A DNA stretch of 64,000 nt from an uncultured Eubacteriales bacterium (GTDB lineage: Bacteria > Bacillota > Clostridia > Oscillospirales > Acutalibacteraceae). Positions 1 through 7,866 of the stretch are shown piece after piece (within the stretch, counting starts at the first letter, position 1; the number at the start of each line of letters is the position of its first letter). Under the pieces are notes generated by a model. The model did not search any database and had not been told where the DNA came from. It was given only the letters and a program-made list of their open reading frames with translations. Location: contig ONCX01000001.1 in the NCBI GenBank assembly GCA_900316455.1, positions 76,649-140,648 of the forward strand, written 5' to 3'. Position numbers and translations under genes: made by a program.

Positions 1-1049
1 TTCGGAACCGTTGTTTCAATAGTCGAAGTAACTGTAACAGCATCCGAAACGTCAGACGAGATATCCGAACCGCTTACCCTTCTCACTATACCGCTGTTTA
101 AAAAGCTGTCGTCATAGTCGGTCAGCCCCTCGTACTCCGAAGAAGTGCTTCCCACAAGCCAGCCGAATACAAATCCGACTGCCACTCCGAAAAGCATTAT
201 AAGACAGCCCATCATCACCATGATCATATTCTGTGTGATATGTATGCCAGGCTCTATTGCCTCCGCAACAATAACCGACACATTGTCGTCGCTGTCGTCG
301 CTCATGGAAAGAGCCATAAGCTCGTTTGTGTGACCGAACGGATCCTTCCTCTTGGCAAGACATACTGTTATCTCGTCCTCGTCGAGCTGATCTGTCACAC
401 CGTCGCTGCAAACAAGGAATTTATCGCCTTTCTTTATCTTGAAAGGCTTTGCGCGGTATGGCTCCATTCTGCCCTCACGGCTGTTCATGCCAAGGAATTT
501 CGTTATCCTGCCGTGGCGTATTCCCTCTTCGGTAAGCGACACGCTCTTCTGCCCCTCGACGGCAACATGGTCGCGGGTCAGCTTGACAAGCTGCTTGTCA
601 CGGTAAAGATAAACCCTGCTGTCCCCCACATTATATACGTGCGCGTTTCCATGCTCTATAATCAGAAGCGCCATTGTGGAAGCCGTCCGCACTCCGCCAG
701 TTTCACGCCGCTGATCGCGGATAAGCTCATTGGTCTCCTGCATATATTCCAGCACGGCGTCGTCAGGAGTCGCGTCGGGGTCAAAGGATATGCGGTCGGC
801 AAGGTTGTCAAGTCTGGTTGCTGCTACAAGCGAGGCGAAAGAGCCGGTATTGTTCCTTCCCATTCCGTCGAATACCGCGAAGATATTTACATCGGTATAT
901 TCTCCGGTCTTGATGGCAAAGGGTCGGCTGATATTCCGTGGAGTTATGTAATCGCCATTGAAATATACGTTGTCCTCATTATTGCCCCTGGCGTTACCCA
1001 CATTGGATTCGGCAGCCGCCCGTATATAAATTTTGTTCGCCGCGCTCAA
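1..1049 (-). CDS. PP2C-family Ser/Thr protein phosphatase with C-terminal transmembrane segment (3' end runs off the window; absent from the supplied ORF track)
   Basis: Manual minus-strand translation from TTG at 1049 (GAGGTG SD 7 nt upstream) is open to position 1: LSAANKIYIRAAAESNVGNARGNNEDNVYF..IFAVFDGMGRNNTG..HVYNVGDSRVYLYR..FLVCSDGVTDQL..DDNVSVIV, the PP2C motif order. It is followed by hydrophobic IMVMMGCLIMLFGVAVGFVFGWLV. The 240..1115 + track ORF is its antisense shadow. Confidence 0.8.
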   Translation of the reverse strand, partial: MSAANKIYIRAAAESNVGNARGNNEDNVYFNGDYITPRNISRPFAIKTGEYTDVNIFAVFDGMGRNNTGSFASLVAATRLDNLADRISFDPDATPDDAVLEYMQETNELIRDQRRETGGVRTASTMALLIIEHGNAHVYNVGDSRVYLYRDKQLVKLTRDHVAVEGQKSVSLTEEGIRHGRITKFLGMNSREGRMEPYRAKPFKIKKGDKFLVCSDGVTDQLDEDEITVCLAKRKDPFGHTNELMALSMSDDSDDNVSVIVAEAIEPGIHITQNMIMVMMGCLIMLFGVAVGFVFGWLVGSTSSEYEGLTDYDDSFLNSGIVRRVSGSDISSDVSDAVTVTSTIETTVP

Positions 1050-1232
1050 TTTACTTTCACCTCGTCACCGGAATACCCGTACTCAAAATGCACTGCGATA
1101 TATAATAACACATGAGTTTTAAAATACAAAAAACTTTGAGCAAGATTTACAAATAATTAATAAAATATCATTACAAAATGATAACAATACAAAATAACAT
1201 CGTAATTTGTCTTGTTTTAATTCATAGAAATA

Positions 1233-1967
1233 TCAGTAAAACCTGTAGAGCGACCAGTACTCGCTGTCTCCGATGGTTTTAAGCTCCAGCTCCGCGCCGC
1301 ATTTTCCCCTGATAAGTGTCAGCTCGTCATTCTCGTCCTTATTCACAACGCCGTTGACATTGAATTCGACCGTATACCTGTTTTTTTCCGAAGTCACGGA
1401 AATTAGATTTATATCCGAATAAGAATCCGGAATGCCCTCAAAAAGAGTATAGTACCTCCCGTTCTCAACGTAGAAGAGTCCGCTTTTTTCTCCGTCTTTT
1501 TTCAGGCGGTTTATGTTGTCAGCGCTAACGTTGAATATCTCCCCCGCTATGAATTCTACAGTTTTAGCATCGTATACATAATATGCGTGGGTTTCCTTTG
1601 CCCAGCCGCGAGGATCATCCGATTTTTCAACAAAACAGTCCTCCTGAGGTATGTCCGAATACAGTCCCCAGTCCGCACATGAAGCCGGAGTCGCTATGCA
1701 TGCGAGAATATTGTTTCCCTCACCAGCCGTCAAACAGTTGTATTCCCAGCTGCCGTCCGGCGAAACAGGATAACGGCTCACAAATCTTACGAGAAAATCC
1801 TTTAGCGACTGTTCTGTATTTATGTCATTAAAATAGATTTTATTTTGATTGTCAGACTTATCCTCTCCGTCACACGATACAGCTGACGTAATAATCATAC
1901 CCGCGGCAACTGCTATCACAAATGCGCGTTTTAATATATCCCGAAAGCCCGAAGCGTAATGTTTCAT
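1233..1967 (-). CDS. hypothetical lipoprotein
   Basis: 244-aa ORF. N-terminal signal peptide with lipobox AVSC (..IITSAVSCDGEDK). No recognisable catalytic motif. Confidence 0.6.
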   Translation of the reverse strand: MKHYASGFRDILKRAFVIAVAAGMIITSAVSCDGEDKSDNQNKIYFNDINTEQSLKDFLVRFVSRYPVSPDGSWEYNCLTAGEGNNILACIATPASCADWGLYSDIPQEDCFVEKSDDPRGWAKETHAYYVYDAKTVEFIAGEIFNVSADNINRLKKDGEKSGLFYVENGRYYTLFEGIPDSYSDINLISVTSEKNRYTVEFNVNGVVNKDENDELTLIRGKCGAELELKTIGDSEYWSLYRFY

Positions 1968-2020
1968 AAAATCATTTCCTTCGTCATATTATTTAAAAAA
2001 ATCAAAAACAACCGAATTCC

Positions 2021-2062
2021 AAAAAAAATGCGGCATTCATCAATACAGAAGAACACCGCATT
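2021..2062 (-). terminator. rho-independent terminator after the DUF1232 gene
   Basis: Minus-strand aatgcgg-N22-ccgcatt hairpin followed by an 8-nt U run (A run 2021-2028 on plus). Confidence 0.6.
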
Positions 2063-2111
2063 AATCGCATGAATTGCCATCCCCGACCTTACCGCGGGGT
2101 ATCGTCAGATC

Positions 2112-2438
2112 TTACTTCTTTTTTATATTGCTGCTTACGTCATTGTACATAGGAGGAATATATCCCTGCGCTCCCGGCGCGCCGGAAATCTGCTGAGTCC
2201 TCTTGCCCTTGAGCATACCAACGACCGTGCCTAAAATGCCGGCTACATAAGCAACGTCGTCAACCCAGCCCACAACCGGAATTACATCCGGTAGAGCGTC
2301 GATCGGCGAAATGACAAGCACCGCGAGAATCGCCATAAGAGCTATCTTCCAGCCTATGCCGAACTTTTTGTTGCCACCGGCGGCAGCGCCCTCGGCGGTA
2401 TTCTGTGGATTAACGTTCTTGTTGAATTTTTCTTCCAT
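2112..2438 (-). CDS. DUF1232 (YkvA-like) small membrane protein
   Basis: Signature SPIDALPDVIPVVGWVDDVAYV typical of DUF1232. Start moved to MEEKF (2438) because the upstream 17 codons of the track ORF look non-coding. Confidence 0.6.
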   Translation of the reverse strand: MEEKFNKNVNPQNTAEGAAAGGNKKFGIGWKIALMAILAVLVISPIDALPDVIPVVGWVDDVAYVAGILGTVVGMLKGKRTQQISGAPGAQGYIPPMYNDVSSNIKKK

Positions 2439-2629
2439 AATTCTCAGTCCTTTGTATGATAATAGAGCAAGAATAAGTTTGTAAAACATATTGCAAACTC
2501 AGCTCCTTTTCTACGGAAATCCTTCCGCCTTTTTTCTTTTATATTATCGCACACAATTACGAAAATTTCAAGTGTTTTGTGTATATCTTTAAATTATTTT
2601 TTTATTTTGTTAAAAAAACATATTCCTTA

Positions 2630-2658
2630 TTGAATAATCCGGCAAAACGTGGTATTAT
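2630..2658 (+). promoter_or_regulatory. sigma-A-like promoter for the membrane LuxR regulator
   Basis: TTGAAT-17 nt-TATTAT(AAT). Confidence 0.45.
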
Positions 2659-2711
2659 AATATAGCTGATTTATGCGTATAATCTTTTTCATGATACGGA
2701 GGTATCGCCAG

Positions 2712-4175
2712 GTGGTAAATAAATTGTTCGGAAATATTACAAAAAGCTCTTTGGGCGGCGCTCTATGCACAGGCGGTTTTATCGGATGGTATCTGACGGT
2801 AAAATTCATATGTGAAAAAAGTCTCGAAATATACGGCACGTCTTCCCTTTACGACGTAACAAACATTATTTTCGGCTCGTCGCTCCTTATTACGCTGGGC
2901 GTAATGCTGATTCTTATGTTCCATCTCGACTTTGAGGGATTGTTAGGACACAGATACTTCCGTGTCGTCCCCGCCGTGCTTATGGCGGAAAGCGGCATTG
3001 CGCTCGCCTTTACCAACGCCGATTCATTCGGCATATACTCCGTAATAACCGGAATCTGCGCGGCGTTCGGCGTACTTGCCTTATTCTCTCAGCTGCTGGG
3101 GATCAGGGTCAGCCACAGACTTTTCGCGGTTGCCGGCGGCATTGCTATCGGCGGTCTGGTGAGATATGCCGACCATGTGATATACACATACCTCGATATG
3201 ACTCGGGGAATTTACCTGCTTGCCGCGCTCTCCGGCGTGCTTGTACTGCTCACTGTGCGTTCATCAGGTTTTTCAAAGGAACAGATGCCTATTATCAGTT
3301 ATTCTGAAGCCTCTCACAAGATACTTCTGCGCAATATTCCAGGCGCTTACTGGCTGCTTTTTATCCTTGCCGGTATTTACTACATATGTTTAGGAAGAAT
3401 CAACACTCTCGGTTATGAGATGTACGTCCCTTTCTTTAAGAATTACGGTCTTTACACCTACATTCCCTATGTTGCGACAGCCGTTGTGATTTCCCTCTTT
3501 GTGAAATTCCACAGAGTAACGCTTCTCTACGTCTACGGCATATGCTTCATGGCGTTTACCGCGATATTGCTCTTCCTTCCGTATTTTTCCCATGACGAAC
3601 AGAAATTCTTCCTGATATGCGGATTTATAGGGCAGGCTTGCTTTACAGTTTTTTCTTATATTTTTATAGTAAATTTCGCAATGGACAGACAGCATCCGAT
3701 GTTCTACACGATATTCGGCTACGCCTGCGTTACTATGGCAATGCTTGCCGCCGATATATTCAATTACCTGCTGCCGGTGAGAAACCGCACCATAATTATC
3801 TCCGCAATCACCTGTCTTCTTGTTATCGGCGGTCCGGCGGTATTCTCTCTGCTTAAAAAATACGGTCTTACTCAGGAAAGCCTTGAACATCACCGGCTTC
3901 TCAGGGAGCTTATCATAAGCAAATCCGAGGAAATGCAGCTGAGTGACCGCGAAAAATATATTCTCGACCTTGTTGTGCTTGGCGGATATACAATGGAACA
4001 GCTTCCGGATAAAATGATGCTTTCTCGCAACACCGTCCGCGCACAAAGCCGCAACCTGCTTCAAAAGCTGAACGTAGAGGAGCTCTCAGGGCTTCGCGGC
4101 TATTTTGACGCACTGCTGGAAAACGGAGAATCAATGCCTGCCAAGGAAGCCGCGCCGTCAATTCCAGCGGAATAG
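2712..4175 (+). CDS. polytopic membrane protein with C-terminal LuxR/GerE-type HTH (membrane-embedded LuxR-family regulator)
   Basis: About 400 aa of repeated hydrophobic helices, then LSDREKYILDLVVLGGYTMEQLPDKMMLSRNTVRAQSRNLLQKLNV (GerE/LuxR HTH). GTG 2712 has a GGAGG SD 9 nt upstream. The track start ATG 2673 lies only ~10 nt after the -10 box. Confidence 0.75.
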   Translation: MVNKLFGNITKSSLGGALCTGGFIGWYLTVKFICEKSLEIYGTSSLYDVTNIIFGSSLLITLGVMLILMFHLDFEGLLGHRYFRVVPAVLMAESGIALAFTNADSFGIYSVITGICAAFGVLALFSQLLGIRVSHRLFAVAGGIAIGGLVRYADHVIYTYLDMTRGIYLLAALSGVLVLLTVRSSGFSKEQMPIISYSEASHKILLRNIPGAYWLLFILAGIYYICLGRINTLGYEMYVPFFKNYGLYTYIPYVATAVVISLFVKFHRVTLLYVYGICFMAFTAILLFLPYFSHDEQKFFLICGFIGQACFTVFSYIFIVNFAMDRQHPMFYTIFGYACVTMAMLAADIFNYLLPVRNRTIIISAITCLLVIGGPAVFSLLKKYGLTQESLEHHRLLRELIISKSEEMQLSDREKYILDLVVLGGYTMEQLPDKMMLSRNTVRAQSRNLLQKLNVEELSGLRGYFDALLENGESMPAKEAAPSIPAE

Positions 4176-4195
4176 CCGTCAATTCCAGCGGAATA
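4154..4195 (+). repeat. perfect 21-bp tandem duplication spanning the stop codon of the LuxR-type gene
   Basis: gccgtcaattccagcggaata occurs at 4154-4174 and again at 4175-4195. It reads PSIPAE-TAG then PSIPAE-TAA. Confidence 0.9.
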
Positions 4196-4215
4196 ATTTA
4201 AGAATTATATCAAAA

Positions 4216-4257
4216 CGTCACGGTGGCTTCTGAATGAATCAGCCGTGATGTTTTTTT
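4216..4257 (+). terminator. rho-independent terminator after the LuxR-type gene
   Basis: Imperfect hairpin cgtcacgg..ccgtgatg followed by a T7 run. Confidence 0.6.
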
Positions 4258-4279
4258 ATTTGTATTTTCTGTGATGATG

Positions 4280-4308
4280 TTGACATATCAACAAAATTCA
4301 TATATAAT
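4280..4308 (+). promoter_or_regulatory. consensus sigma-A promoter upstream of marR-degV
   Basis: TTGACA-17 nt-TATAAT, both hexamers perfect. Confidence 0.6.
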
Positions 4309-4374
4309 TATTTTTAAACTAAACGGACATTTTACGCGTTTTTCCCCTCTACCTCTGAAAGGACGATTTTTTAT

Positions 4375-4842
4375 ATGCAGGAAAACAGATTTGAATTATT
4401 TGATATTTCAATGTCGCGCATCTGCAAGAGCATTCAGAAAATCAAGGGCGATATAATGCAATCCTACGGGCTGAAAAGCACTCATGTACTTTTCATGATT
4501 CAACTGTCGAGACGTGATGACGGTCTTACCGCTTCAGAGCTTTCGCGTGAAGGACATATGGATAAGGCGCAGATTTCACGCGTTATATCCGAGCTTACTC
4601 ACAAGGGCTTTGTAACCCTCCACACGGAAAACGGTCACAAATACAAGGGGAGATTCATTCTAACGGAAGCAGGAAGACGTATCGCCGGAGATATCGACAA
4701 GCTTATTGAAAAGGCGTGTGATTATGTCAGCGGCTCTATTCCTAAAGCTGATATAGAGATTTTTTACCGGACGCTGTTTACTATTTGTGACAATCTGTTT
4801 TCTCTTACAGAGCAACCCGAAGCCATTTGCTCCGTACATTGA
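4375..4842 (+). CDS. MarR-family transcriptional regulator
   Basis: 155 aa. Winged-helix region LTASELSREGHMDKAQISRVISELTHKGFV..GRFILTEAGRRI is typical of MarR. Confidence 0.85.
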   Translation: MQENRFELFDISMSRICKSIQKIKGDIMQSYGLKSTHVLFMIQLSRRDDGLTASELSREGHMDKAQISRVISELTHKGFVTLHTENGHKYKGRFILTEAGRRIAGDIDKLIEKACDYVSGSIPKADIEIFYRTLFTICDNLFSLTEQPEAICSVH

Positions 4843-4932
4843 ACTTTATTATTTCTGCGTTTTCTTCATTCAGCGTAATGCTTTCTTAAAATAGAATTTT
4901 TAATTCAAATAACAGGTCAGGAGTGTAAAGCT

Positions 4933-5802
4933 ATGTCAAAAATACGGATCATCACCGATTCTGCGAGCGATATTTCCGAGAAGCATGAAAAGAAATACAA
5001 TATCAAGGTTGTTCCTTTCAAGATCGCTGTCGGAGACAAAACCTACATAAGCCGTGTCGATTTCAATAACGAGAAATTCTACAGCATTATGGACGCGTAT
5101 GACGGTCTGCCGCTTACTTCCCAGTTTACCGCCTTTGAATTTCAGGAGGTTTATGAGGAAATGTACAAGGACGGCGTGACGGACGTTATATGTGTGCTGA
5201 TAAACGCGCAGGGCTCTGCCACATACAATAATTCCATCATGGCGGCTGACAATTTCTATGAGGACAATCCCGACGCTGTAGGAAAAATCAGATTCATTTC
5301 CATCGACGGCAGAAGCTACACCGGCGCCTACGGATACGCCGCCGTCGAAGCCGCAAAGATGGTTCAGCGCGGCGCAACAGTCGAGCAGATAGTCGATTTC
5401 ATTAACAACTGGGTGGAGAACTGTACTATATTCTTCGCTCCCTATTCGCTCAAATACGCCAAGAAATCAGGGCGTATTCCTGCGGCGGCGGCATTTGTCG
5501 GCGACGCTCTTGGACTCAAGCCCATAATGAGAGTATTTGACCACGTTATAACCACAGAGGATAAGGTGCGCGGCGAAAAGCTCATTATACCGACCATTGT
5601 CAAAAAGACAGCCGCGGAGATAGAACCCCAGACGCCCTATCTGATTGTCTATGGAAATGATACCTCGGTCTGCGACGAGCTTGCAAAGGAAATGTACAAA
5701 AAACTCGGCTATCCGCCTGCCGGATTTTACCAGATAGGCGCCGCAATTGCCGTCAACGCGGGTCCGAGAGTAGTAGGGATCATCTTTAAGAGGAAGAGAT
5801 AA
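4933..5802 (+). CDS. DegV-family fatty-acid-binding protein
   Basis: N-terminus IRIITDSASDIS, 289 aa, typical DegV length and motifs. Confidence 0.9.
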   Translation: MSKIRIITDSASDISEKHEKKYNIKVVPFKIAVGDKTYISRVDFNNEKFYSIMDAYDGLPLTSQFTAFEFQEVYEEMYKDGVTDVICVLINAQGSATYNNSIMAADNFYEDNPDAVGKIRFISIDGRSYTGAYGYAAVEAAKMVQRGATVEQIVDFINNWVENCTIFFAPYSLKYAKKSGRIPAAAAFVGDALGLKPIMRVFDHVITTEDKVRGEKLIIPTIVKKTAAEIEPQTPYLIVYGNDTSVCDELAKEMYKKLGYPPAGFYQIGAAIAVNAGPRVVGIIFKRKR

Positions 5803-5885
5803 CCGGATTTATCCGTTAATATATTTAAAAGATTCGCCCCGTGAACGTTTTTTTACTGAATAACGGCGAATATTGGAATGTACTC

Positions 5886-5914
5886 TTGCAATTTAAGAAA
5901 ACAGGCTGTATAAT
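5886..5914 (+). promoter_or_regulatory. sigma-A-like promoter
   Basis: TTGCAA-17 nt-TATAAT upstream of the CofE-like gene. Confidence 0.5.
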
Positions 5915-5954
5915 ATGAATTGTCTTTAAGGCAATAAAGTTGAAAAGAGGAATT

Positions 5955-6692
5955 ATGTTTATGAGCGAAGAAGTTAAAGAAGCGGCACAGAGCATGCCTT
6001 TTACCCCAAACGAAGGGAAGCAACTTGTTATAACCACCGACGACGGAAGCTTTGAGCGCTATCCCGTCAAAACGCCAATCATAAAGAGCGGCGATGATCT
6101 TGTTGCGCTGCTTGACGAGCTTGTAAAGCCTTATCTTCAGGACGGCGACATGATCTACATGAGCGAAAAAATTCTCGCCATCAGCCAGGGCAGAGCTTTT
6201 AAGATTGAAGATATCAAGCCCTCACGTTTAGCAAGGTTCCTCACCAAATTTGTATATAAATCCCCCTACGGCATAGGTCTTGGAATGCCCGAAACAATGG
6301 AGCTTGCTATCCGCTCAGTCGGCAGACCGAAAATTATTTTTGCCGCAATCATCTCCGGTATCTGCAAGCTCTTTGGCAAGCGCGGCGTTTTCTACAATAT
6401 TCTCGGTCCCGCGGCGAGAGCCATTGACGGTCCGTGCGACTGCACCATTCCCCCCTACAACGGGTACGCTAAAATGGCTCCGGATAAGCCCCATGAGGCG
6501 GCAAAAAAATTCACCGACGCAATGGGCGGTCATCAGGTCATAGTCGTTGACGCGAACGATATTGGCGTAAATATCCTCGGCAAGCCCGCTCAGGACGTTC
6601 CCGATGAATATTATTCAAAAATATTCAAGGACAACCCTCTCGGTCAGGGTCACGAACAGACTCCTCTCTGCATTGTGCGTAAGATCGGCTGA
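5955..6692 (+). CDS. F420-0:gamma-glutamyl ligase (CofE)-like domain protein
   Basis: MIYMSEKILAISQGRAFKIEDIKPS and VIVVDANDIG resemble the CofE-family core. AGAGGA SD; start is ATG 5955 or 5961 (track start TTG 5940). Confidence 0.6.
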   Translation: MFMSEEVKEAAQSMPFTPNEGKQLVITTDDGSFERYPVKTPIIKSGDDLVALLDELVKPYLQDGDMIYMSEKILAISQGRAFKIEDIKPSRLARFLTKFVYKSPYGIGLGMPETMELAIRSVGRPKIIFAAIISGICKLFGKRGVFYNILGPAARAIDGPCDCTIPPYNGYAKMAPDKPHEAAKKFTDAMGGHQVIVVDANDIGVNILGKPAQDVPDEYYSKIFKDNPLGQGHEQTPLCIVRKIG

Positions 6693-6729
6693 TTTCATAC
6701 AAAGCAATCTGTTTCAAATAACAATCAAA

Positions 6730-6770
6730 TACCCCGACAGACTGATTTCAGAATTCATTCTGTCGGGGTA
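6730..6770. terminator. bidirectional hairpin terminator
   Basis: 12-bp perfect stem taccccgacaga / tctgtcggggta, then a T-rich tail. It lies between convergent genes. Confidence 0.75.
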
Positions 6771-6810
6771 TTTCTGTATTTATGATTTTTTCTGTTGACC
6801 GGAAACAATG

Positions 6811-7782
6811 TCAGTCATTCTCGGTCTTTTCATAGGACAGCGAAATCACGATATTATTGTCTATAATCGTCACGTTTTTGAACTTGACATTGTGAATCAT
6901 ATCGCTGACAATTCCTGCTGTCTTCTCCTTGAACCAATCCTTAACGCTCTGCCACCAGCTTTTTTCCTCCTGATTTGTCTTGTCAACCTCAAGTCCAAGC
7001 TGTTTAATGGTGACCTCGGTAATTTTGTCGTTGAATTCGCTCGTGTCGTAATAAATCATTCCGTTGTGAATCGAAATGTTATCGCTGACGACGTTCTCGC
7101 CAAAATACTTGACAAGAATATCCGACGGAAGACTGACCTTTCCTATATAGGCGCTTTCAAGTGAAATAACTATGTAGGGATCGTCATAGCTCAACTTTGC
7201 AACAGCCCTTATCGGGAGAGAAAAGCCCTTGTACCTCAAGCGGCAGTAAAGCGTAATCTTATCATTGGCAACAACTGAGAAAAGATCGTCCACTTCTATG
7301 CCGTGTTCGGCTGTTTTTTCCGCTGATTTTTCAACGAGAGTTTTCAGGAAAAGATTTACCTCATCAGAATTAAACGAGATCTGCTTGTCGGAAATCATCT
7401 CTAAAGCTGAATCGACAATAACGTCGGACATCTCGGACTTTACCTCAGGAGCTGTGGGCATTTCGTCCCTTGTCGCCAAAAAGTACAGTATTCCGGCTCC
7501 GATAATGCATACTATCAGCAGGAAGAGTATTAGTGCGCCTAACGCAGCGAATATTTTTCCGACGACGCCTGCTTTCTTCGGCTTCTCAGGGGTTGGAACT
7601 CCGCCGCCTCTTACCTGCGGCTTGTTGACGGCTGTCGGCTTTACAACCGCCTTGCCGCGTCTCTGCTCCGGCAGGACAGCATTTGCGCCCGCCGATTCAA
7701 CCGGACCTGTCGTGGGATTAACCTGCTCGCCGTCAGCCGTACTTCCTCCAAGGGGAATGACCAGTGTCTTTTCTTCTTCCAT
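6811..7782 (-). CDS. hypothetical single-pass membrane protein (Pro/Gly-rich N-terminus, TM, extracytoplasmic domain)
   Basis: 323-aa ORF with TM segment IFAALGALILFLLIVCIIGAGILYFL. Possibly YpmS/DUF2140-like, not verifiable here. Confidence 0.55.
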   Translation of the reverse strand: MEEEKTLVIPLGGSTADGEQVNPTTGPVESAGANAVLPEQRRGKAVVKPTAVNKPQVRGGGVPTPEKPKKAGVVGKIFAALGALILFLLIVCIIGAGILYFLATRDEMPTAPEVKSEMSDVIVDSALEMISDKQISFNSDEVNLFLKTLVEKSAEKTAEHGIEVDDLFSVVANDKITLYCRLRYKGFSLPIRAVAKLSYDDPYIVISLESAYIGKVSLPSDILVKYFGENVVSDNISIHNGMIYYDTSEFNDKITEVTIKQLGLEVDKTNQEEKSWWQSVKDWFKEKTAGIVSDMIHNVKFKNVTIIDNNIVISLSYEKTEND

Positions 7783-7866
7783 TTTTCATTTCTCCTTCTT
7801 AAATGAATTGATAAAATAATATTTTATTTGCTTTGACAAATCATTTGCCGCCGCAAACAATGCGCT

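Noticed and set aside
240-1115. 291-aa plus-strand ORF (and nested 730..951, 145..333, 112..411 ORFs) at the left edge
   Set aside because: Its composition is not protein-like, and it lies exactly antisense to a well-supported PP2C phosphatase frame with an SD-preceded TTG start. It is a shadow ORF.
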